From contig NIVC01002683.1 of the NCBI GenBank assembly GCA_002269645.1, positions 85,998-149,997 on the forward strand: DNA of 64,000 nt, read 5' to 3'. A program made the position numbers and the translations under genes. Source of the DNA: Macrostomum lignano. Its lineage: Eukaryota. The stretch's first letter is position 1. Each line of letters starts with the position of its first letter. This document shows positions 49,325 through 60,523 of this stretch, piece after piece. The notes under the pieces were generated by a model that searched no databases, was not told the DNA's origin, and saw only the letters and a program-made list of their open reading frames with translations.

Positions 49325-51273
49325 TGGCTCACTACTCACTAGTCAATTGGCAAGTTGGTTAATTGGCTCACTAGTCAATTGCCTAGTTGGTTAATTGGCT
49401 CACTAGTCAATTGCCTAGTTGGTTAATTAGCTCACTAGTCAATTGCCTAGTTGGTTAATTGGGTCACTAGTCAATTGCCTAGTTGGTTAATTGGGTCACT
49501 AGTCAATTGCCTAGTTGGTTAATTAGCTCACTAGTCAATTGCCTAGTTGGTTAATTGGGTCACTAGTCAATTGCCTAGTTGGTTAATTGGCTCACTAGTC
49601 AATTGCCTAGTTGGTTAATTGGCTCACTAGTCAATTGCCTAGTTGGTTAATTGGCTCACTAGTCAATTGGCAAGTTGGTTAATTGGCTCACCAGTCAATT
49701 GGCAAGTTGGTTAATTGGCTCACTAGTCAATTGCCTAGTTGGTTAATTGGCTCACTAGTCAATTGCCTAGTTGGTTAATTGGCTCACCAGTCAATTGGCT
49801 AGTTGGTTAATTGGGTCACTAGTCAATTGGCAAGTTGGTTAATTGGCTCACTAGTCAATTGCCTAGTTGGTTAATTGGCTCACTAGTCAATTGGCAAGTT
49901 GGTTAATTGGCTCACTAGTCAATTGCCTAGTTGGTTAATTGGCTCACTAGTCAATTGCCTAGTTGGTTAATTAGCTCACTAGTCAATTGCCTAGTTGGTT
50001 AATTGGGTCACTAGTCAATTGCCTAGTTGGTTAATTGGGTCACTAGTCAATTGCCTAGTTGGTTAATTAGCTCACTAGTCAATTGCCTAGTTGGTTAATT
50101 GGGTCACTAGTCAATTGCCTAGTTGGTTAATTGGCTCACTAGTCAATTGCCTAGTTGGTTAATTGGCTCACTAGTCAATTGCCTAGTTGGTTAATTGGCT
50201 CACTAGTCACTTGGCAAGTTGGTTAATTGGCTCACTAGTCAATTGGCAAGTTGGTTAATTGGCTCACTAGTCAATTGCCTAGTTGGTTAATTGGCTCACT
50301 AGTCAATTGGCAAGTTGGTTAATTTGCTCACTAGTCAATTGCCTAGTTGGTTAATTGGGTCACTAGTCAATTGCCTAGTTGGTTAATTGGCTCACTAGTC
50401 AATTGCCTAGTTGGTTAATTGGCTCACTAGTCAATTGCCTAGTTGGTTAATTGGCTCACTGGTCAATTGCCTAGTTGGTTAATTGGCTCACTGGTCAATT
50501 GCCTAGTTGGTTAATTGGCTCACTAGTCAATTGCCTAGTTGGTTAATTGGCTCACTGGTCAATTGCCTAGTTGGTTAATTGGCTCACTGGTCAATTGCCT
50601 AGTTGGTTAATTGGCTCACTAGTCAATTGCCTAGTTGGTTAATTGGCTCACTGGTCAATTGCCTAGTTGGTTAATTGGCTCACTGGTCAATTGCCTAGTT
50701 GGTTAATTGGCTCACTGGTCAATTGCCTAGTTGGTTAATTGGCTCACTGGTCAATTGCCTAGTTGGTTAATTGGCTCACTAGTCAATTGCCTAGTTGGTT
50801 AATTGGCTCACTGGTCAATTGCCTAGTTGGTTAATTGGCTCACTAGTCAATTGCCTAGTTGGTTAATTGGCTCACTAGTCAATTGCCTAGTTGGTTAATT
50901 GGCTCACTGGTCAATTGCCTAGTTGGTTAATTGGCTCACTAGTCAATTGGCAAGTTGGTTAATTGGCTCACTAGTCAATTGCCTAGTTGGTTAATTGGCT
51001 CACTAGTCAATTGCCTAGTTGGTTAATTGGCTCACTGGTCAATTGCCTAGTTGGTTAATTGGGTCACTAGTCAATTGCCTAGTTGGTTAATTGGCTCACT
51101 AGTCAATTGCCTAGTTGGTTAATTGGCTCACTGGTCAATTGCCTAGTTGGTTAATTGGGTCACTAGTCAATTGCCTAGTTGGTTAATTGGCTCACTGGTC
51201 AATTGCCTAGTTGGTTAATTGGCTCACTGGTCAATTGCCTAGTTGGTTAATTGGCTCACTAGTCAATTGCCTA
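49325..51273. repeat. 32-bp satellite (GGCTCACTAGTCAATTGCCTAGTTGGTTAATT)
   Basis: About 60 highly similar copies. Confidence 0.97.
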
Positions 51274-51490
51274 ATTTGTCTAATCTTGGCAAAAGAAAAA
51301 TATTAGTGCCTATTTATACTTTTTGAGCAATAAGTTTAATTAATATACTTAAAGGTGCAATTTTAAAACAAATTGAAGCAATAAAAAAACCTTAGAAGTG
51401 TTTAGAAGTGTAGACTTTTAGAAGTGTTTGAATGTTTGCATATTTAACTTCAACTATTGCAATCAAACCAAATTACTATGATGATTAATC

Positions 51491-51748
51491 ATGGACAATT
51501 TGACTAGCTCAATTGAAATTGAAGGCAAACGGAAACGCTACTTCGACGATCTTTACCAATGGATAAACAATCAGCGACAGTTGATGCAAAATAAAGCTTC
51601 ACTTGCTGTTGGCCTGAACCAGTTTGGTTCAGTTTCAAATGCTGACGCATCGGCAGCTGCACTAGCCAATGCTCATCTGCAGTCTCAGCTTCGTCTGATT
51701 AAGGGTGCTGCTTCAACGCAACAGGGCCAAGGAGGCCAGGCTGTTGGG
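51491..51748 (+). CDS. FAM8A1: FAM8A1-like, exon 1
   Basis: ATG start; YFDDLYQWI resembles the FAM8A1 N-terminal Y..QVHEWL helix; donor GGG|GTGGGT at phase 0 matches exon 2 (donor inferred). Confidence 0.65.
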
Positions 51749-51884
51749 GTGGGTCCTGGTGACTTGTTTTCTGACTCAGTGTTTCAGTATTTTTTATTAC
51801 TGAATGCTCAAGAATAACAATTAACAGTAGGATTAACAAGCCATTTTTTCCGCCCGTCGAACTACTAAGAGGGGGGGAATCCCC

Positions 51885-52648
51885 CCCCCCTGACAATTTT
51901 TTTGCTGCGCCGTATTGGAGCAACGCAGGCACACGAAGTTCAAGAACACGGGCTAACTTTTTGTTGCGCACCTTCTCAAACAAGAATCAAGTCACCAGCC
52001 CTCTGGACCGTCGAGATATTCGACGATTCTGCCAGAAGGTCGGATTTTTCCCATAAGCGCCAGTGTATTCAGTACACCCCTGTGCGCCAATCAGCACTGC
52101 GCCTCAGTGCAGCCTTGCCAAGTCTCCAATATTTCATCAGCACGTCAACCACATGGGTCTGCATCAGCTCTGACTTCGTTGGTCACTGGCCTTCACCCAG
52201 ACGGAGCTTCTAGATTTTCAACAGGTGGCACCAGGTGACTATGGACACGCTGTTGCAAATTTCTGTAGTTTCGCCGATCAAGCCTCGACAGTGGGCAAGC
52301 CGCAATTTCTGGACATCCTCAGCTAGTCTCTCAAGCATTCAGTCATCACCCCGAAGCCGTCGGCTCCTTCAACAGATGGCACCAGATGACCATGGACACC
52401 CTGATGCGAATTTCTCTTGTTTCGCCGATCAAGCCTCGACAGTGGGCAAGCCGCAATTTCTGGACATCCTCAGCTAGTCTCTCAAGCATTCCGTCATCAC
52501 CCCGAAGCCGTCGGCTCCCTCGACGGTCCAGAGGGCTGGCGACTTGATTCTTGTTTGAGAAGGTGCGCAACAAAAAGTTGGTCCGTGTTCCTGAATTTCG
52601 TGTGCCTGCTTTGCTCCAATACGGCACAGCAAAAAAGTTGTCAGGGGG
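51885..52648. mobile_element. MITE with ~135-bp TIRs in FAM8A1 intron 1
   Basis: CCCCCTGACAATTTTTTTGCTG...CTCTGGACCGTCGAG mirrored at 52519-52648; internal ~110-bp direct repeat near 52240 and 52405. Confidence 0.8.
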
Positions 52649-53205
52649 CCCTGTTTGTTAGTTCTGTTAAAGCAGAAGAAAAAATACTGAATTATTCTTA
52701 GCTTAATGACTGTGTGACAGAATGGTAAAATAGATTCATTAAACCAATGAGCCGAGCTGTGCCATATTGTATGTAGGATATAAACGAAAAGCTATTCAAT
52801 ATGAGGCCTTTTCAGAAATTTCTCAGTAATAAACGTTTAAACCAAAGACTACTTAACAACACAGGACGTTACACTTGCAAATATTGGCAGAATTCTAAAA
52901 GGCTGCTTTCAATCTATGTGTCTATGTTAAGTAGTCCTTGGTTTAAACCTTGAGTGAAACCCTAACTTGGCAGTGTATACCTTTAACATGTAGCTAACCT
53001 TAGAAGTTCTTTATTAAAAGTAATAATGCGTCCTTTAGTGTGCTTATTTGTCTTTTCTCTGACACAGATGTCACAGTTATTAATTGTGCCTCTAGAATGC
53101 CAGTTGTCACAGTTATTAATTGTGCATCTAGAATGCCAGTTGTCACAGTTATAAATTGTGCCAAACTATTAACTAAACTACAGAAACCTTTGATTTTCTC
53201 TATAG

Positions 53206-53814
53206 GCTAGCGGTCTGCCTTCTCAACAACAACAGCAGCAGCAGCAGCAAGAGCAGATAGATCGCCAGCAGCAGCAACAGCAGCAGCAAGCCAGAAGAGC
53301 CAATCCCCGTCAAGTGTACGGCGGCCGCCTAGGCATTGAAGGCTATCGGTTTCGCGTCGCCCCAATATGGAAACGCGTCCTAGCCGAAGTAATCGATGGA
53401 CTGCTTCTATTAGTACTGAAATTAGTACTCATGATTGTGCTCGAGCAGCGCATCGATTTTGTAGTTGACAGCTTGCTTCCTGTTGATAATCGATTCTGGA
53501 AAGCCGAACCGTCCGTTGGACAGCAGCAGCATCATCAGCGCAGACTGGCCGAGTTTAATAGAAGATTTGGCGCATCTGGTGGCGGTCATCAGCCTAATCA
53601 GATGCACCATCATCAGCAGCAGCATCAGCGGAATCTTGAATTTGATATTGCCGGTATGCGGTTCAGCATGACCGATCTGTTATCGCCTAGACTAATCCTA
53701 TTGGATTTAATGGTCCGTCTGATGGTATTACTGTTGGAAACTTTTGCACTATGCGGCTTTTTTGGTCTGTTCCGTTCGGGACAAACGCCTGGCAAGTGGC
53801 TGATGAATTTGCAG
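53206..53814 (+). CDS. FAM8A1: FAM8A1-like exon 2 (RDD domain, poly-Q/H stretches)
   Basis: CTATAG|GCT; APIWKRVLAEVIDGLLL...RLMVLLLETF...GQTPGKWLMNLQ parallels HRFMAEMVDFFIL...GATPGKFLLGLR; donor CAG|GTAAGA. Confidence 0.88.
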
Positions 53815-53857
53815 GTAAGAATTTTGTGTGTGCGCTTTATTGGATTTCATTGATTCA

Positions 53858-54220
53858 GGTGTTACAGTGCTGTGTGTCTAACAGGCAGGTGTAACAGTGC
53901 TGTGTATCTAACAGGCAGGTGTAACAGTGCTGTGTGTCTAACAGGCAGGTGCAACAGTGCTGTGTGTCTAACAGGCAGGTGTAACAGTGCTGTGTATCTA
54001 ACAGGCAGGTGTAACAGTGCTGTGTATCTAACAAGCAGGTGTAACAGTGCTGGGTATCTAACAGGCTGGTGTAACAGTGCTGTGTATCTAACAGGTAGGT
54101 GTAACAGTGCTGGGTATCTAACAGGCAGGTGTAACAGTGCTGGGTATCTAACAGGCAGGTGTAACAGTGCTGGGTATCTAACAGGCAGGTGTAATAGTGC
54201 TGGGTATCTAACAGGCTAAC
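53858..54220. repeat. 30-bp intronic minisatellite (AGGTGTAACAGTGCTGTGTATCTAACAGGC)
   Basis: About 12 copies. Confidence 0.95.
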
Positions 54221-54355
54221 AGATTGCAATGACAGTGTCTTACAGTCTAACAGACAGATGTAAAATCTCAATGATATTGACAGACAGTTGGAACAGTTCA
54301 GTTACTGCTTTAATTTGTTTAATTATCAACCTCCTTATCAATGAATTGTGTCCAG

Positions 54356-54583
54356 GTAGTCCAAGCCAATGACGTCATCGACCTGCCAGACCAAATAATC
54401 GAAGTTCTACCAGCCAATCCTTTGAGGTTTCAACGCGCTCTGGCCAGAAGTGCAATCAAGAATTTGGCTATGATGTTCTTTTTCCCTGTATGGGCCACCG
54501 CGTTTGTGTTCAGCAATCATCGTACTAGCTATGACATCATCACTTCTACGATTGTGGTAGAGAATCTGCCGCCAGAGAACTGA
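54356..54583 (+). CDS. FAM8A1: FAM8A1-like exon 3
   Basis: TCCAG|GTA; RSAIKNLAMMFFFP...FSNHRTSYDIITSTIVV parallels RALIKNFSIASFFP...FQHNRTAYDIVAGTIVV; TGA stop. Confidence 0.9.
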   Translation, partial: VVQANDVIDLPDQIIEVLPANPLRFQRALARSAIKNLAMMFFFPVWATAFVFSNHRTSYDIITSTIVVENLPPEN

Positions 54584-54664
54584 AGATGATTCTTGTCTGT
54601 TTGTTCGTTGCTTGTTTTCTTGAAGGACAGTTTAAGTAGAAATGATGGAAATCTTTGTAAAAAC

Positions 54665-55052
54665 GTCTATGCAGTTTGTTTCTTAGAAAAGAAGTTTCTC
54701 GGCTTCTATGAACTTCTATAAACTTTGTTTCTTAGAAAAAAGAAGTTTCTTAGAATAAAAACTTCTATGAACTTTGTTTCTTAGAAAAAAGAAGTTTCTT
54801 AGAATAAAAACTTCTATGAACTTTGTTTCTTAGAAAAAAGAAGTTTCTTAGAATAAAAACTTCTATGAACTTTGTTTCTTAAAAAAGAAGTTTCTTAGAA
54901 TAAAAACTTCTATGAACTTTGTTTCTTAGAACAGAAGTTTCTTAGAATAAATAATTCTATAAACTTTGTTTCTTAGAAAAGAAGTTTCTTAGAAAAAAAC
55001 TTCTATGAACTTTGTTTCTTAGAAAAGAAGTTTCTTAGTATAAAAACTTCTA
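54665..55052. repeat. ~48-bp AT-rich minisatellite (GAACTTTGTTTCTTAGAAAAAAGAAGTTTCTTAGAATAAAAACTTCTAT)
   Basis: About 8 copies. Confidence 0.9.
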
Positions 55053-55654
55053 TGATTAAAATTGACAGAACTTCAATTGAAACAATTTTTTTCTGTCCTG
55101 ACTTCTTTTTTAAAAAGACACGCTAAGTTACTCTTAGTAGTTTGTTTATTTAACTATTCAATAAACAGAATTATTAGCTCTGGTAATGACGAATATATAC
55201 TTATTATTTTAATAATTAAACACCCATTTTCGTTTTTGACTTTTCCAAATTGTTTGTTTAAATAAAAATACTAAGTCAAGTAATTTGTTTAACTTTCAAC
55301 GTCGCATACAGCTTACCTTAGTTGCTTGATTCAGTTTCTGACAGTTTCTGCTTATAATAATATTTCAGTTATCTGAATTGTGCTCCTATTGATGTACCTA
55401 AATATTGTTGGTTAATGGAATTTACTTCGCAAAGTCATTAGCAAACAGGGATGTTCTTGTATGTGTATATATATACAACTCGTATGAATGATAAATATTT
55501 TGATTAATTATTCATTATAAATAAATATACGACTTTGATTATAAATTTATAGTGCCATACAGTCTAAATTTTATTAGGTTAATTTTCTTTTTTTAAATTG
55601 CACTAATATAACTCCCTTATTTAGATAACCTGTTTTATAGCTTCTTATTTGGTT

Positions 55655-55729
55655 GTCTGTCTGTCTGGCTGTCTGTCTGGCTGTCTTAGTGTCTGTCCGT
55701 CTGTCTGTCTGTCTGTCTGTCTGTCTGTG

Positions 55730-55766
<37 letters not shown>

Positions 55767-55769
55767 TAC

Positions 55770-55840
<71 letters not shown>

Positions 55841-55845
55841 CTGTA
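55655..55845. repeat. (TCTG)n microsatellite
   Basis: Direct reading. Confidence 0.95.
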
Positions 55846-55963
55846 TGAATGTCTATCTTTAGCTTTCTAGCCCAGAGTAGTTTATCTTAAACAGCAAACT
55901 AACCGACACTACTACAAGTACCCAAATGCGCACAGCCAAACACAATTTTCCTAATCAACTCCG

Positions 55964-56227
55964 CTGCCTTCCGGTATTCGCAAGGCGCTGACCGAAGCGG
56001 CCCAGGCTGGCGCCACCGGCTTGGCTCTGGTTGACCGCGACATCGACGACTTACTGAGCTGCCCCCTGCTGCTGACTGAGCGGTCCCTGTTCCAGAGCCT
56101 CACCCGGCTGACGCTGAGCCACAACCGGGTCTCGGTGCTGCCTAAAGAGATTGCTAGATTGGAAAATTTGCAGCACCTTAATTTGTTTAATAATCGGCTG
56201 AAATTGGTGTGTCCTGAGATTGGGCAG
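55964..56227 (+). CDS. RSU1: Ras suppressor protein 1-like, first visible exon (start unresolved)
   Basis: LVDRDI...LTRLTLSHNRVSVLPKEIARLENLQHLNLFNN parallels MSDRGI...ITQLVLSHNKLTMVPPNIAELKNLEVLNFFNN; donor CAG|GTGAGT; no in-frame ATG after TAA at 55952. Confidence 0.8.
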
Positions 56228-56240
56228 GTGAGTTGATGGT

Positions 56241-56430
56241 TCTGAGTTGCTGGGCCAGCCTCCCAGATCCTCAGTTGCTGGGCCAGCCTCCCAGATCCTC
56301 AGTTGCTGGGCCAGCCTCCCAGATCCTCAGTTTCTGGGCCAGCCTCCCAGATCCTCAGTTGCCGGGCCAGCCTCCCAGATCCTCAGTTGCCGGGCCAGCC
56401 TCACAGATCCTCAGTTGCCGGGCCAGCCTC
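56241..56430. repeat. 28-bp intronic minisatellite (GTTGCTGGGCCAGCCTCCCAGATCCTCA)
   Basis: About 7 copies. Confidence 0.92.
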
Positions 56431-56475
56431 GCATGTCCTCATTCCAACCTCTTCTCCTGAAATGAATAATTGCAG

Positions 56476-56706
56476 CTGAAGAAGCTGTACCAGCTGAACC
56501 TGGGCATGAATCGACTGGCCACCTTACCAAGAGAATTCGGTCAGCTGCAGCAGCTGGAACTGCTTGATTTGAGCTACAATAATTTGCACGAAGGCGGCTT
56601 ACCTGCGGAGTTTTTCTCTCTGGTCGCTTTGCGCGCTCTGTACCTGGGCGATAACGATTTTGAGCGACTGCCGGCTGCTATCCAGAGCTTTCGAAATCTG
56701 CTTGTC
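56476..56706 (+). CDS. RSU1: RSU1-like exon
   Basis: TTGCAG|CTG; LNLGMNRLATLPREFG...LDLSYNNL...LRALYLGDNDFE matches RSU1; donor GTC|GTGAGT. Confidence 0.93.
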
Positions 56707-56799
56707 GTGAGTAGTTAATTGTGTTCCGTCTGACTGTCCTTCGCTGAAATCTACTGAATCTTATTTTTGGAACTTTCTAAATCATCTTGGATCTGAAGC

Positions 56800-57665
56800 A
56801 TCATTAGCTGGGATCTGAATCCTCATTATCTGGGATTTAAATCCTCATTAGCTGGGATCTGAAGCATCATTAGCTGGGATCTGAATCCTCATTAGCTGGG
56901 ATCTGCATCCTCATTAGCTGGGATCTGAAGCATCATTAGCTGGGATCTGAATCCTCATTAGATGGGATCTGCATCCTCATTAGCTGGGATCTGAATCTTC
57001 ATTATCTGGGATTTAAATCCTCATTAGCTGGGATCTGAATCTTCATTATCTGGGATCTGAATCCTCATTAGCTGGGATCTGAATCTTCATTATCTGGGAT
57101 TTAAATCCTCATTAGCTGGGATCTGAATCTTCATTATCTGGGATCTGAATCCTCATTAGCTGGGATCTGCATCCTCATTAGCTGGGATCTGAATCTTCAT
57201 TATCTGGGATTTGAATCCTCATTAGCTGGGATCTGCATCCTCATTAGCTGGGATCTGAATCTTCATTATCTGGGATCTGCATCCTCATTAGCTGGGATCT
57301 GCATCCTCATTAGCTGGGATCTGCATCCTCATTAGCTGGGATCTGCATCCTCATTAGCTGGGATCTGCATCCTCATTAGCTGGGATCTGAATCTTCATTA
57401 TCTGGGATCTGAATCCTCATTAGCTGGGATCTGCATTCTCATTAGCTGGGATCTGCATCCTCATTAGCTGGGATCTGAATCTTCATTATCTGGGATCTGA
57501 ATCCTCATTAGCAGGGATCTGAATCTTCATTATCTGGGATCTGAATCCTCATTAGCTGGGATCTGAATCCTCATTAGCTGGGATCTGAATCTTCATTATC
57601 TGGGATCTGAATCCTCATTAGCTGGGATCTGAATCTTCATTATCTGGGATCTGAATCCTCATTAG
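56800..57665. repeat. 22-bp intronic minisatellite (CTGGGATCTGAATCCTCATTAG)
   Basis: About 39 copies. Confidence 0.96.
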
Positions 57666-57734
57666 CCGGCATTTGAATCATCAAAGCATTGTAAATGTTT
57701 ACCTGTATCTCACTATCTTCCTCAATTTCCGCAG

Positions 57735-58070
57735 CTCTCAGTTCGCGACAACGACCTGGTCGAGCTGCCGCTAGAACTGGGGCATTGTTCTGGCATTCGC
57801 GAGCTTCACATTCAAGGCAATCGGCTTCTGTTGCTGCCCCCAGAATTTGCCCAACTACAATTAGGCAGTCCAGATACCGTGCTAAGAATGGGCGATAATC
57901 CCTGGGTTGAGCACATTGCCGACCAATTAGCCTTGGGTGTTAGTCACGTGATGCATTACCTTGCCACCGACGCTTACAGAGTGCAGTACAGTCAGCTGAT
58001 GAGCGGCAGTTCGTTGAAATATCCGCCAAAAGCCAGCAAAGCTAAAAAGATTAGCAGGAAAACTAGTTGA
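57735..58070 (+). CDS. RSU1: RSU1-like last exon
   Basis: CCGCAG|CTC; LSVRDNDL...ELHIQGNRL..LPPE...NPWVEHIADQLALGVSHV...KKISRK matches the RSU1 C-terminus (NPWVTPIADQFQLGVSHV...KKISRK). Confidence 0.93.
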   Translation, partial: LSVRDNDLVELPLELGHCSGIRELHIQGNRLLLLPPEFAQLQLGSPDTVLRMGDNPWVEHIADQLALGVSHVMHYLATDAYRVQYSQLMSGSSLKYPPKASKAKKISRKTS

Positions 58071-58159
58071 ATGCTTTGCGGCTGCTGCTATGTTGGTGTT
58101 GTATTGTACAGGGCCTTCTGTGTTCCGCCATCGAGTCTTTGCAGCCGATATCCGCTTGG

Positions 58160-58510
58160 ATACTTGACACTGGGACAGACACTGGGACAGACACTGGGAC
58201 AGAGACTGGGATAGACACTGCGGCGGGCAGACAGATAGACAGGCAGGCAGACAGACAGACAGGCAGACAGAGAGACAGACAGAGGGACAGACAGAAAGGC
58301 AGACAGAGAGACAGACAGAGGGACAGACAGAAAGGCAGACAGAGAGACAGACAGACATGCAGACAGACAGGCAGACAGACAGATAGGCAGGCAGGCAGAC
58401 AGACAGACAGGCAGGCAGGCAGGCAGACATTCAGACAGACAGGCAGACAGACAGACAGAGGGGCAGACAGACATGCAGACAGACAGGCAGGCAGACAGAC
58501 AGACAGACAG
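58160..58510. repeat. (GACA/GGCA)n microsatellite
   Basis: Direct reading. Confidence 0.95.
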
Positions 58511-59335
58511 ATAGGATTGGGACATCTTTGCCGACAGGTGAAACAGATACGGTTTAAGTGCAGAATCAGGGAAGTCACAAGTATATTGCGTATTTTATAA
58601 TGAAATTTTTTAATTACATCCATTTACGTATATTCTAGCTTACTTTAAAATTTGTGTTTAGTGACCAAAGCCAACAACGGTTTTTTATAGTATATTTTTG
58701 ACAGATTGTGTCTGCCATTCCAATCAAGGTTTTTACTGACATTATAGAAATTCTTCCATGATTTGCTTTTGTCTTTTGATGATTAATTTTTTGGTGTCCT
58801 ATCTTGTGGACATGTATTTAATTGCTTTTATTCTTTATAACTATATTACTGATGCCAGGTTTTTAGGCTATTTCTAATTGCCTAGATATATCTATATAGC
58901 CTGATTCTATGTAACATTCACTATCTGTTCGTCAGATTTTAAAAAAATTAAATTTATAAAACTATTCACTTGAATCGAAATATAACTGTTTATGTTTTAT
59001 ATCTGTATTGTATTTTATAGTTTTTTGCTATTAAAAAGAAGTTTGATTTACATTATTAATAAACTTTTTTTGAAGTGGTTTTAGTTGTTTATTGGCGCAA
59101 TAACGGTTTCCATCTTGTTTATTTTTTAATGCTTATATTTACAAGTAGCTGTTTTAGTTTAATTGACGATCTTTTTTTTAAGGCGTAGTAGCTTATCTGA
59201 TATCAGGCATCTGACTTTCGTCTTTTGCAAGACTAAGAGCTCCGGTGGTTCGCTCCAAGACAACATTTAGTCTAACCTCTTCAGGGCTGGGCCCAAAATG
59301 TTTCATCTCCGTTCCAGTCGGATGGTAAGCAGTGC

Positions 59336-59694
59336 AAACAATCTGAGACTGCATAGCAGAAACACTATTGTCTATGGCCACCCCTCGCTGCGGCCCGACT
59401 TTTTGGGATCGCCTTGCAAGCAGAGTGAAATTTTTTAAAGCTAAGTGAGAACCTTATTGAAAACAAAGGCTGGGCTATGGCAAATCAACTGCGTCTAACA
59501 AGCAACCACCCCTTTTAATTTCGTAAAACCACCCCTTTTAATTTCGTAAAACCACCCCTTTGTTTTCAATATGGTTCTCACTTAGCTTTAAAAAATTTCT
59601 CACTTTGCTTGCAAGGCGATCCCAAAAAGCTGGGCTGCAGCGAGGGGTGGCCATAGACTAATAGTGTTTTTGCTATTCAGTCTCAGATTGCTTG
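59336..59694. mobile_element. Small MITE with ~130-bp TIRs
   Basis: CAATCTGAGAC...GTCTATGGCCACCCCTCGCTGC...TTGAAAACAAAGG mirrored at ~59558-59694; 23-bp internal tandem duplication. Confidence 0.8.
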
Positions 59695-60523
59695 AAAAAT
59701 GTCTCACTTAGCATGCAAAAACCAATATTATAGAACATATTTTCACAAGTGCTGTTTTGAAGCTCTGCTTACCAAGCCGACCGGGACGGAAAGTGGCGGA
59801 CCATAGACTACACAGGGCTCGCCTTGGCCCAAGATATTTGTAGACTGCAACTTGGGTGCGGGCGTGGTAAGCACTGCTTACCATCAGACTTTTGGAGGTC
59901 GCAGAGGTGTATTGCATTAAAAATACGAAAAGTCATTCTTGAGCGACCAGTGTGATGCTTGAAGATCCATAGACATTGTAACACGATATAAATGTGTAAA
60001 AAAGCGTGAAATAAACGCTAAAAGCGTGCTTAAATCGTTCTTGTGATCGCGTACTGAAGTCATTTAATGCACGAGAAATATATATCGTGTTACAATACTA
60101 CTCAATACTTGGTTTTTCTTGCTTAAATGTCGATGACACTCGTGCACGAACGCGAACGCGCACTCGTGACCTAGACAATTAAGCACTCGAAACCAAGTAT
60201 TGAATCCTATATTCAGCAAGCGACAGTAAATTAAGTTGCACATCCTTGCAATAAACTCTGCTTTAATTAGCTCTCAATGCATCAGTAGCTGTAATAAACA
60301 TAAAATTTTGTGAGCTAGACAGTTGAATGTTAATCTTTCTTACGAGTAATAAAATTGGTTGCTTTAATATAGCTGCAATAGGATTTGATTTTTAAGGCAG
60401 AAGGCATTACTTTTTAGAACGACTCTCGTGGCAACAAATTATTTGATCCAGTTTTCATTAGTTAGATTTTGCATTATAAAACTACTAAATCTATCTTTAT
60501 TTCCATGAAATCTACCAACTAGA

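Noticed and set aside
49325-51273. 32-bp partly palindromic repeat array as a possible CRISPR
   Set aside because: Units are directly adjacent with no unique spacers, there are no cas genes, and the context is eukaryotic
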